A stretch of 64,000 bases of DNA, taken from positions 32,001 through 96,000 of the forward strand of contig CAWEPZ010000003.1 in assembly GCA_963811105.1 (NCBI GenBank), given 5' to 3'. The stretch is from Candidatus Bathyarchaeota archaeon (lineage in GTDB: Archaea > Thermoproteota > Bathyarchaeia > Bathyarchaeales > Bathycorpusculaceae). The position numbers and the translations under genes were made by a program. Positions 8,932-16,539 of this stretch are shown here, piece after piece. Below the pieces are notes generated by a model. That model was not told where the DNA came from and did no database searches. It worked only from the letters and a program-made list of their open reading frames with translations. Numbering within the stretch: the stretch's first letter is position 1; each line of letters opens with the position of its first letter.

Positions 8932-9227
8932 CTGAGCTCTGCAGCAATTGTTCCGGTTGTCAATGACTCTCGCAGCGGCAGCCCAATCCTCAAAATGTCA
9001 TTTAGAATTTGGTCCTTGGGCGCCCCCGATTTCTCGCTAATTTTTGTTAGGATAGCGTCTTTTTGTTCCTTCGAAAGCACGCCCCAAGCAACCAAAACAA
9101 CCCGTTCACGCTTACCTGCAGGTCCTAACTTGGTTTCTTGGAAAACCATTGAAGTCACAGGAATTTTGCTGTCTGGGAATATGTCGCCCCAAACCTTTTT
9201 TCCTTCATCGTTCAAACATGCCCACAT
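8919..9227 (-). CDS. Hypothetical protein
   Basis: 102-aa ORF abutting the PolX stop codon. Confidence 0.6.
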   Translation of the reverse strand: MWACLNDEGKKVWGDIFPDSKIPVTSMVFQETKLGPAGKRERVVLVAWGVLSKEQKDAILTKISEKSGAPKDQILNDILRIGLPLRESLTTGTIAAELRWFI

Positions 9228-9836
9228 TCAAAAAATCTCCCTATTGCTCGGCTCAACATACTCAAGCCCTAAAGCGGTAAAGATCTCTTCTTCAGATCTA
9301 GAAGCAAGAATTTGACCAAACCCGCCCTGGGTAACTACGCCCTCAGAGGCGCTAAGCTTTAGGCCCTTCGAACGCGCCAAAGTGCAAAGTTTCACGTTAT
9401 GCTCCTTGCTACCAGTCCTAACAAGCAAAATCACACCCCAGGTCTCTGGACGTGCCCGGTAAATGTCAACTTGGAATCCGTCAAGAAAAGTGCACCGCAG
9501 CAATTCCTGGCCAGAGGCCTCCACCTTCAAACCGCACTTTTTGAGTTTTGCGGGAATAAGATCTTTCCAAATCTTAGACTCATTAAAGGTCACACTGCCG
9601 ACGCCTAAAGGAGAGGGAACCGTTACCGGCTTGGCCATGGCCACAATATCTATGTCGCCGACCTCAGCTTTTCCACGCCTAATAGATCCCGCAACTTCAA
9701 GGCGAAAACAAAACGGTGTAAGAGCGCAGCGGACCCCGTCAGCTAAAAACGAAGCCTCCTCAAGTTTCACTTCAAGAAGCCTCCCGTATCTTTTTGTTTT
9801 CAGCTTCCTCAAGCCGCTTTTGCCTGCACTTCTCAC
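9228..9836 (-). CDS. Minimal family X DNA polymerase/nucleotidyltransferase (palm plus thumb only)
   Basis: AGSIRR...GDIDI, QVDI, RTGSKEHN, SEEEIF.ALGL.YVEP..RE: all PolX palm/thumb motifs with three catalytic Asp. Confidence 0.85.
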   Translation of the reverse strand: MRSAGKSGLRKLKTKRYGRLLEVKLEEASFLADGVRCALTPFCFRLEVAGSIRRGKAEVGDIDIVAMAKPVTVPSPLGVGSVTFNESKIWKDLIPAKLKKCGLKVEASGQELLRCTFLDGFQVDIYRARPETWGVILLVRTGSKEHNVKLCTLARSKGLKLSASEGVVTQGGFGQILASRSEEEIFTALGLEYVEPSNREIF

Positions 9837-9926
9837 TTCTAATCCTCCCCATTAACATCGGCGTAACTGTGCAGTTGTCGCTTAGGTGAAACTCCCACTC
9901 CGGACGCAGCCTTCTTTTAGGATGAT

Positions 9927-10163
9927 TCACCATAGAGCAGCTCTCCGCTCATCAATATCATCCAGGCGCTTCTCAACCGCTAACAACACAGTTTTTTCAG
10001 GCGGCACATAATCTGTGTGCACACTAAACTTGCCATGCGAAGAGAGTAAACCTCGGATGGCCAGCCGAATCGCCTCAGCTCTATTAGGATAGAAACCCCG
10101 ATCAACTGCCTCATCTAAGAGTTTGATGTAGATCCGTGGGACATAGAGACAGATCTGCTTCAC
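9927..10163 (-). CDS. Ribbon-helix-helix (CopG/Arc-like) regulator
   Basis: ICLYVP..YIKLLDEAV.RG.YPNRAEAIRLAIR. Confidence 0.8.
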   Translation of the reverse strand: MKQICLYVPRIYIKLLDEAVDRGFYPNRAEAIRLAIRGLLSSHGKFSVHTDYVPPEKTVLLAVEKRLDDIDERRAALW

Positions 10164-10384
10164 CGTCTCGTTCTCCTACCCGTGGTTATCCGGTTAGCCT
10201 TCAACAAACAAAAGATGCCCTTGCTGCAGCCTACCTCACAACTGCAAGACACCGGAACACCAGAAACAACATTGCCCAAAGGCCTCTCGCCCACAGATAA
10301 ATCAAGCGTGACGTCGCGGCGCCTTTGGCAGCAAAACGTCTCCACACACTCACACTCACACTCATAATCTGGATCCTCCATCAA
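10160..10384 (-). CDS. Small Cys-rich metal-binding protein
   Basis: CxCxC...CC...CSCxxxC...C; GGAGG RBS upstream. Confidence 0.5.
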   Translation of the reverse strand: MMEDPDYECECECVETFCCQRRRDVTLDLSVGERPLGNVVSGVPVSCSCEVGCSKGIFCLLKANRITTGRRTRR

Positions 10385-10435
10385 CAGAACCCAGCCTCCA
10401 GGTTACTAAAGACTAAAATTAAGAATTGAACCGAA

Positions 10436-10455
10436 AAAGAAAAAGAAAAAAGAAA
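10436..10455 (-). terminator. U-rich terminator downstream of the tRNA fragment
   Basis: Minus strand reads TTTCTTTTTTCTTTTTCTTT. Confidence 0.45.
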
Positions 10456-10500
10456 GGATTGTGCAGATAAATCAGTGGTTGGAGATATCGCCAGCCGAGA

Positions 10501-10526
10501 ACTAGACCGAACTATACTACCTGGGC
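10501..10526 (-). tRNA. tRNA 5' fragment only (positions 1 to about 23; Asp-like), possible att remnant
   Basis: GCCCAGG-TA-GTAT-AGTTCGGTCTA-GT = acceptor 5' strand, D-stem and GG-containing D-loop; BRE/TATA-like GGGAAAGATTAATTAG upstream; no anticodon or T-arm follows. Confidence 0.5.
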
Positions 10527-10642
10527 TTAAGCGCCGCATCAATACACGATATTTCAACTAATTAATCTTTCCCGCTGAAACTCAACACCGACATACAGAG
10601 CGTTGACAAATTTTAAATATAAAAACAGATAGTTATCAAATC

Positions 10643-11059
10643 ATGACAACTAAACCAGCCAGCTTAGGGATAATTCACAAAATCCTCATTCTGTTTGTAA
10701 TCATAAACATCATAGGGGACATTGGAAACGTTGCGTTCTGGTGGGCAAACTCTTCTGCCAGAGAGGCGTCGCTGAACACCGGAATCATTGGGGTTGCTGC
10801 GGGAGTCGATAATGCTCTTATCGCTGGAACCGTAGTTCTCTTAGTCGTTGCACTTGTATACATTGTCTCATTGTTTGGCTTGCTTCGAAAAAAGAAGTCG
10901 GCGCCGCTTTTGATTGTCGCTATCTCCGTAGCTAACAGGGCACTCGCACTATTTCTGTACTTCATAAGCCCTGCATTTGCTTTCTGGGCAGTCTGGACAA
11001 TTATACTCTTAGTACTAGCGTACCTTGATTACAAAAAAATAAAAGCCCTAATCGTCTAG
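10643..11059 (+). CDS. Hypothetical 4-TM membrane protein
   Basis: Four hydrophobic helices; TTTAAATA promoter upstream. Confidence 0.7.
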   Translation: MTTKPASLGIIHKILILFVIINIIGDIGNVAFWWANSSAREASLNTGIIGVAAGVDNALIAGTVVLLVVALVYIVSLFGLLRKKKSAPLLIVAISVANRALALFLYFISPAFAFWAVWTIILLVLAYLDYKKIKALIV

Positions 11060-11103
11060 GCATAAATTTCCTATTTTTCTTTTTTGGGCTTGGCTTTTTG
11101 GGG

Positions 11104-11571
11104 TCAATGTTTCTTACCCGACATATAATCAATATCGATTCTGCCCATCGTTGTTGAAGAAAGTTTTTCAGGCCTTATCTTCACAAGCTTCGCTTCGGGG
11201 TTTAGAGAAACCTGCCTAACTAAAACTTCCATCGCATGTTGCTTCTCATTTAAATCCTCAATTATCTGCATCTTGCCCGAAAAATGAACCGATGTGTAAA
11301 CGTAGTCGCACTCTTCTTTGACGCCGAAATCATGCACTGCCTGTCCCCAAACGATGTTGTTGGCTTTTTGATAGACGAGTTTTTTGCCTTCTGGAGCGCA
11401 ATGAAAATAGAGGCAGTTTTTGGCTTCGTCATAGCCATGATTAAGCGAAACAAGATAGGGCTTATTATCCATGCACAAAGCGACAGTAACATATTTAGTA
11501 GCTTTGAGAACTTGCAATAGCTCGGGGGCATTAGTTATTTCTCGGTCTTTACGCCTAACATGAAAAGTCAT
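11104..11571 (-). CDS. Pyridoxamine 5'-phosphate oxidase-like (NimA-type) flavin-binding protein
   Basis: RRKDREI...PY.V.LN.G....LYFHCA.EG.K, Y.SV...G. Confidence 0.85.
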   Translation of the reverse strand: MTFHVRRKDREITNAPELLQVLKATKYVTVALCMDNKPYLVSLNHGYDEAKNCLYFHCAPEGKKLVYQKANNIVWGQAVHDFGVKEECDYVYTSVHFSGKMQIIEDLNEKQHAMEVLVRQVSLNPEAKLVKIRPEKLSSTTMGRIDIDYMSGKKH

Positions 11572-11664
11572 GATTCCAATAGACTGTGCAGCAAATATTA
11601 ACTTTTAGATGTTATCCATGCTTCTTTATTAGAAGGACTGATTTAGCATTCTAACAGGTCTAAG

Positions 11665-12273
11665 ATGGTAAGTTTAGGAGATCAATATCGATGCCCAACA
11701 GGTCCTCGGGGCAGGCTAGTTGCTGCAAAAATGAATCGGAATCATAAGAAGCTTACACTGTGGGGGTTAACAAAGATAACCATTGACTCAGACTTTGTGG
11801 TTTTGGATGTGGGTTGTGGAGGAGGCATTACTATTGGTAGGTTAGCTCAGTTGGCGCCACAAGGAAAAGTCTTCGGCATTGACTATTCAGCTGACATGGT
11901 AAAATTTTCCAGAAAAATCAATAAAATGCTCATCGCTCAAAACCAGGTCGAAATAATTGAAGGATCCGTTGAAAGAATGAGTTTTAACGATAACTTCTTT
12001 GATTTGGTGACAGCCTTTGAAACTTACTATTTCTGGGCAAATTTATGTAATACCTTGAGGGAAATAAGAAGGGTGTTAAGGCCAGGAGGGAAATTGCTTT
12101 TAGTGAATGAATTGCTTTATGGAGTTACGTCTGCAAAGCTCATTGAGCAAACGCGTGTAAAAGTCTTCCCGCTAGAAGATATCCAAAATGTTATGCAGTC
12201 GGTTGGTTTTGTGAATGTCCAAGTATTCACTAAGGCTAAATCAGCTTGGAACGCGCTTCTCGGCCAAAAATAA
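11665..12273 (+). CDS. Class I SAM-dependent methyltransferase
   Basis: VLDVGCGGG, GIDYS, FDLV, RVLRPGG. Confidence 0.9.
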   Translation: MVSLGDQYRCPTGPRGRLVAAKMNRNHKKLTLWGLTKITIDSDFVVLDVGCGGGITIGRLAQLAPQGKVFGIDYSADMVKFSRKINKMLIAQNQVEIIEGSVERMSFNDNFFDLVTAFETYYFWANLCNTLREIRRVLRPGGKLLLVNELLYGVTSAKLIEQTRVKVFPLEDIQNVMQSVGFVNVQVFTKAKSAWNALLGQK

Positions 12274-12300
12274 ACGGATACGTTTAGGCGAAATAGTGCT

Positions 12301-12888
12301 TCAGGACTTTACGGTTCTGAGCCATTCCAAAAATACTTCCCGCATCCTCTGCGGGCTCTCGATCACATGCATGCCATCCATAGTTTCAAGTTTTCGCACC
12401 TGGTCAGCTTCTTCTTTGCGTACCCGAAGCTTAAGTTCTTTGCCATTTGGTAGCTTCGTATAAACTACGCTTTCTCTGTAGTCTGATGGCAAGATGTAAA
12501 CAGGGCGAAATGCCTTGAGGCTCATAAGTGCTCCGTTGGTGAGCATAGTGTCGCTTATGCTATTTGCGATTTTAGCCACTGTGTTGGAACTGGCAGGGGC
12601 TATCAGTAGGAACTCGTATTTGCCACTTTGCAGCCAAGCAGCTAGAAAAGGCGAATTTGAGTTAACTTCAACAGTTACCTTGGCAAAAGTTTGTTTAATC
12701 TCCTCTTCAAGTCGATAGAATTTGAGCATGGTCTCGGCGGCTTTAGAGAGGAAAACATCTATCTCCACAACATCCCCTGACTGCCTTCTCAGATCATTCA
12801 TAACTTCCACGATTTCAGCGATTTTATCGCCGGCGCCCGTTATCCCCCAAGCAACCTTAAGTTTCTTTATTTTAACTGCTTCGCTCAT
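12301..12888 (-). CDS. afpA: Archaeoflavoprotein AfpA
   Basis: VAWGITGAG, LLIAPASSNTVAKIA..ISDT.LTN, YILPSD, LRVRKE. Confidence 0.85.
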   Translation of the reverse strand: MSEAVKIKKLKVAWGITGAGDKIAEIVEVMNDLRRQSGDVVEIDVFLSKAAETMLKFYRLEEEIKQTFAKVTVEVNSNSPFLAAWLQSGKYEFLLIAPASSNTVAKIANSISDTMLTNGALMSLKAFRPVYILPSDYRESVVYTKLPNGKELKLRVRKEEADQVRKLETMDGMHVIESPQRMREVFLEWLRTVKS

Positions 12889-12903
12889 AAAAGGTCAACC
12901 CAC

Positions 12904-13500
12904 TTATTTTTCGGCATACTGCTCCATAGTAGTGGCAAATCTCTTCACGGTTTTCTTCAAACTTCTAAACCCTTCCGTATCTGCCATGACCCCTTCCATC
13001 GTGTCTTTGCTCCAAAAGGTTGCGCCTAAATTAGCGCCAAAAAACCCGCCGCCGACAGGAATCATGCCGTTTATGATGTAGAAGTTATGAATCTGCATAA
13101 GCGCGAATTCTTGCCCGCCGTTTCTATCTCCTCCCACTACAATGCCCATTCCGATTTTGCCCTTGAAAAAATTTTTGTCTCCAGCAACCACTGCTCTTGT
13201 TCTATCCATCACTGCTTTTGTTTGGGCGCTAACTCCACCGTTATAGACGGGTGACGAAAAAATAATTCCTTTGGCCTCCGTAAGAAGCACATAAAGATCC
13301 TGCATATCATCTTGAACAATGCATTCCTTGTTTTTTAGGCAATAATCGCAATGGGAACATAACTCAATCCATTTTCCATGAACGGCCCAAAAACGTGTTT
13401 CAAACCCTTTCTCCTCAAGCATACGTAGCGCTTCTTTCAAAACATAGTCAGAGGTTTGCTGTCTTGGACTGCCGCAAATTCCCACTATCATAATCTTCAC
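12904..13500 (-). CDS. Iron-sulfur flavoprotein (Isf-like flavodoxin family)
   Basis: GSPR, CxxCxxCx5C, SPVYNG, GGDRNGGQE. Confidence 0.88.
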   Translation of the reverse strand: MKIMIVGICGSPRQQTSDYVLKEALRMLEEKGFETRFWAVHGKWIELCSHCDYCLKNKECIVQDDMQDLYVLLTEAKGIIFSSPVYNGGVSAQTKAVMDRTRAVVAGDKNFFKGKIGMGIVVGGDRNGGQEFALMQIHNFYIINGMIPVGGGFFGANLGATFWSKDTMEGVMADTEGFRSLKKTVKRFATTMEQYAEK

Positions 13501-13692
13501 TATACGTTAATTGTAAATTTACATTAAAGTCTTACTCCACTCTGTCTTACAAAGAAACAGTTTATTGCACTTTGGCGTCAATCATGTTTTGGCCTTTCTC
13601 AAAGTTCGGAAACAATTTAAATCTGCAGAAAACCTAAAGGTGTTTCCCACTCATTAACTAAAAATAACAAAAAGAAAAGATTGAGATGTTGA

Positions 13693-15909
13693 TTATTCTT
13701 TTTCGAAGTATTCTTCTGGTTTTGGCGGGATCGGTGGTAAACCTCTGCGCTCGCGAATCTTCTTTATTGTGTCAGCTTGCATCTGTTCCGGAACTGGTGC
13801 CCAACGGCTAAATTGAGTCGCCCAGAATGCTCTGCCCGAAGTTGAGCCACGCAATTCATCAGCGATGCCGAAGCTTTCGGAAACTGGCATTTCAGCCTTC
13901 ACAGTAATCATGTCTTCTTCAGAGGGCATGTCAAGGATTTTTCCTCGTCTCTTGTTAAGCATTGTGATTACTGCGCTGACGAATTCGGCTGGAACTTTAC
14001 ATTCGAAGCTCATAAGTGGTTCAAGCAGTTTTGGATCAGTCAATAGTATACAGCAGTATATTGGTCTCCATGTCATTGGGATAGCTTGTGCTGGTCCTCT
14101 GTGGACTGGGTCTTCATGGAGAGTTATGTCTTCAAGGTTGATTTTCAAGCCGTAAGCTGGTTCTTTAGCTAATGGCGACGTATGAACTGCTTCACGGAAT
14201 CCACTTTTTATGTGATCTAGAATTTCCTCAACATATTGTCTTCCACGAATACGGTTGACAAGAATGCAGTTTTCTTCAACAGCTACTGCTCCTTTTGCTT
14301 CGTCCGCTGGCCAACCTAAAGCACGTAGAGTTTTTGTCCGCTCATCTTTGCTTTGCATGTCATTAATTTTATCCGACTTTATGGCTTCAATAACTTCATC
14401 TGATAGTCTCTCGATGGTTATCCAGAGTTTGTTGTGTTTGTTGGGGCTTTTACCCATGATTGCAGGACCTTTGTAATCGTGACTTATTGTTTCTCGGTAG
14501 ATGACGATTGGCTTGCTAAGTTTGACTTTCAAACCTGCTTCTTGCATTCGGTAAGCGGTAATCTCAAGGTGAAGTTCACCCATACCTGAAAGGAGGAATT
14601 CACCGCTTTCCTTGTTCATAATGAAGTGTAGATTAGGGTCTTCTGTTGTTAACTTGTGCATGACTTTGTCGAATAATGGTAGGTCTTTGACATCTTCGGG
14701 TTCAACAGCTACGGTTACGACTGGATCTGAAACGTATCTTAAGCCCTCAAATGAATGTACTTCCACGCCATCTTCAGCGACGGTTTCGCCGACATGTATG
14801 GATGGTAAACCTGAGATTGCTCCGATGTTGCCCGCTGGAACACGATCGATAAGAACTCTGTCAGTTGCCATACTCATGAAAACCTGCTGAATAGTGCCTT
14901 TCTGGCTACTGCTTACAAGCTGCACTGTTTTTCCTCTTTCGACTGAGCCGCTGAAAATTCTGCCAATAGCAACCGTGCCGCTGTGTGGATCAACTTCAAT
15001 GGTGGATATGCACATGAGTAAGGGGGCATTTGGATCTACTTTTGCCATTCCTATACCTGTTGCGCTGTCTACGTCTCCTGGCCATATCTGTGGTTGCCTG
15101 TAAGGTTGTGCCTCGAATGGGTTAGGTAAGTGTTTGACAAACATGTCTAGAATTGGTTCAGGTAGTGGTGCTCTTTTGCTGAGTTCATCAACTTTTCTAC
15201 CTACGTCTACGGGGTCACCTGTGTAGGCGTCGATTATGTCTTGGAAAGTGACTTTCTTTAGTTTCATGTGGTCAATGTTTAAGCCCCATTTGTGAAGTGC
15301 TGAACCAAAAGCCACCCGACCGTCTTCAACGTTCACTTGCCAATCTTTTTTGTGTTCTGCAGGTGCATATTTCTCAATTAAATTGTTAACTCTTAGAAGA
15401 ATCTTGGCAAATTTCTTTTGAATTTCTGCTGGGGTAAGTTTGATTTCTTTAATCAATCTGTCAACTTTATTTATGAAGAGAATAGGTTTAACGCGTTCAC
15501 GAAGGGCTTGCATTAAAACAGTTTCTGTTTGAGTCATTGGCCCCTCAACAGCGTCGACAACCACTAATGCTCCGTCAACGGCTCGAAGACTTCTCGTTAC
15601 TGCACCTGAAAAGTCAATGTGTCCAGGTGTGTCGATAAGGTTGATTAGATAATCTTTTTGTTGGTAAGTGTGGACTAAGCTAACGTTTGAGGCGAAAACT
15701 GTCATTTGACGCTTTTGTTCAAGGTCCCAAGAGTCTAGAAACAGTTTTTGTCCAGCAGTTTGAGTGCTGATAATTCCTGCTGCTGCGAGTAAACTGTCAG
15801 AAAGGGTGGTTTTTCCATGATCGACGTGAGCGATAATGCTTGTGTTTCTGATAAATGTGGGGGTTTCCATCAGTTTAACTATTTCATCTGTTTGCCTATA
15901 ACGAGCCAT
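13693..15909 (-). CDS. fusA: Translation elongation factor 2 (probably the second, divergent aEF-2 paralog)
   Basis: AHVDHGKTT, DTPGH, NKVD, GMGELHL, SPNKHN, HEDPVHRGPAQ; switch I reads RQMTV; not in an rps12/rps7 operon. Confidence 0.92.
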   Translation of the reverse strand: MARYRQTDEIVKLMETPTFIRNTSIIAHVDHGKTTLSDSLLAAAGIISTQTAGQKLFLDSWDLEQKRQMTVFASNVSLVHTYQQKDYLINLIDTPGHIDFSGAVTRSLRAVDGALVVVDAVEGPMTQTETVLMQALRERVKPILFINKVDRLIKEIKLTPAEIQKKFAKILLRVNNLIEKYAPAEHKKDWQVNVEDGRVAFGSALHKWGLNIDHMKLKKVTFQDIIDAYTGDPVDVGRKVDELSKRAPLPEPILDMFVKHLPNPFEAQPYRQPQIWPGDVDSATGIGMAKVDPNAPLLMCISTIEVDPHSGTVAIGRIFSGSVERGKTVQLVSSSQKGTIQQVFMSMATDRVLIDRVPAGNIGAISGLPSIHVGETVAEDGVEVHSFEGLRYVSDPVVTVAVEPEDVKDLPLFDKVMHKLTTEDPNLHFIMNKESGEFLLSGMGELHLEITAYRMQEAGLKVKLSKPIVIYRETISHDYKGPAIMGKSPNKHNKLWITIERLSDEVIEAIKSDKINDMQSKDERTKTLRALGWPADEAKGAVAVEENCILVNRIRGRQYVEEILDHIKSGFREAVHTSPLAKEPAYGLKINLEDITLHEDPVHRGPAQAIPMTWRPIYCCILLTDPKLLEPLMSFECKVPAEFVSAVITMLNKRRGKILDMPSEEDMITVKAEMPVSESFGIADELRGSTSGRAFWATQFSRWAPVPEQMQADTIKKIRERRGLPPIPPKPEEYFEKE

Positions 15910-16539
15910 AATTATTTATTCTCCATTATTTTTGTTATTTTTAACCTTCTGATTTTTGATTGAATATACATAGCATTCTAGGAATCTCTCGAAATTGGTA
16001 AGCTACATGGAAAGTGAAATTGTAGCCTATTAACTTTATGGCATGCTTTTTTGAAACACTTGGGCAATCAACAATTGAATAATGAATACGATATCCATGT
16101 AATTCGTGTTGAAATTTTACATTTTTTGCTAGTTTTGCTCATCTAACCGACAGGAGAACGATAGATCATATTTTGCAAGTCAATTAAGTTTATTTTACAA
16201 AAAAGGATAAAAGAACTTATTTGCCTATAGAAAAACAGTAAATTTCACAGGTGAAAAGAATTAAATGGATAAGAAAAATCTTGACTGGTTTAAATTTGCC
16301 ACTTTACGCTTAAATTTTGCTTTATATCCGATTAGTTTAAATTCGAGAAATGGGTATAAAACCGAAAATAGTCTTAAGATGCCAATTAAACTAGGTCAAA
16401 ACGTGTGAATATGAATGTGCTCTCAATTGGTTTCAGTTCAAGAATATGGATTAGTATTAAACGGTCAATTTGCATTAATCGACTTTCTTTTTGGGGTTGT
16501 CATAAACTAGTTAGTTTACTAAGGTTTTGGCGAATTTAG

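Larger units (their letters stand above)
1..10526. mobile_element. Decayed provirus/integrated element (left island), extends beyond the left window edge
   Basis: Portal-like gene start, ABC/GNAT remnant, tightly overlapping operon of small HTH/RHH/Zn genes, PolX, Rep-like ORF, tRNA 5' fragment at the right boundary; housekeeping genes resume at 10643. Confidence 0.7.

Noticed and set aside
15910-16539. Chromosomal replication origin in the AT-rich spacer
   Set aside because: No ORB-like repeats seen and no adjacent cdc6/orc1; divergent promoters explain it
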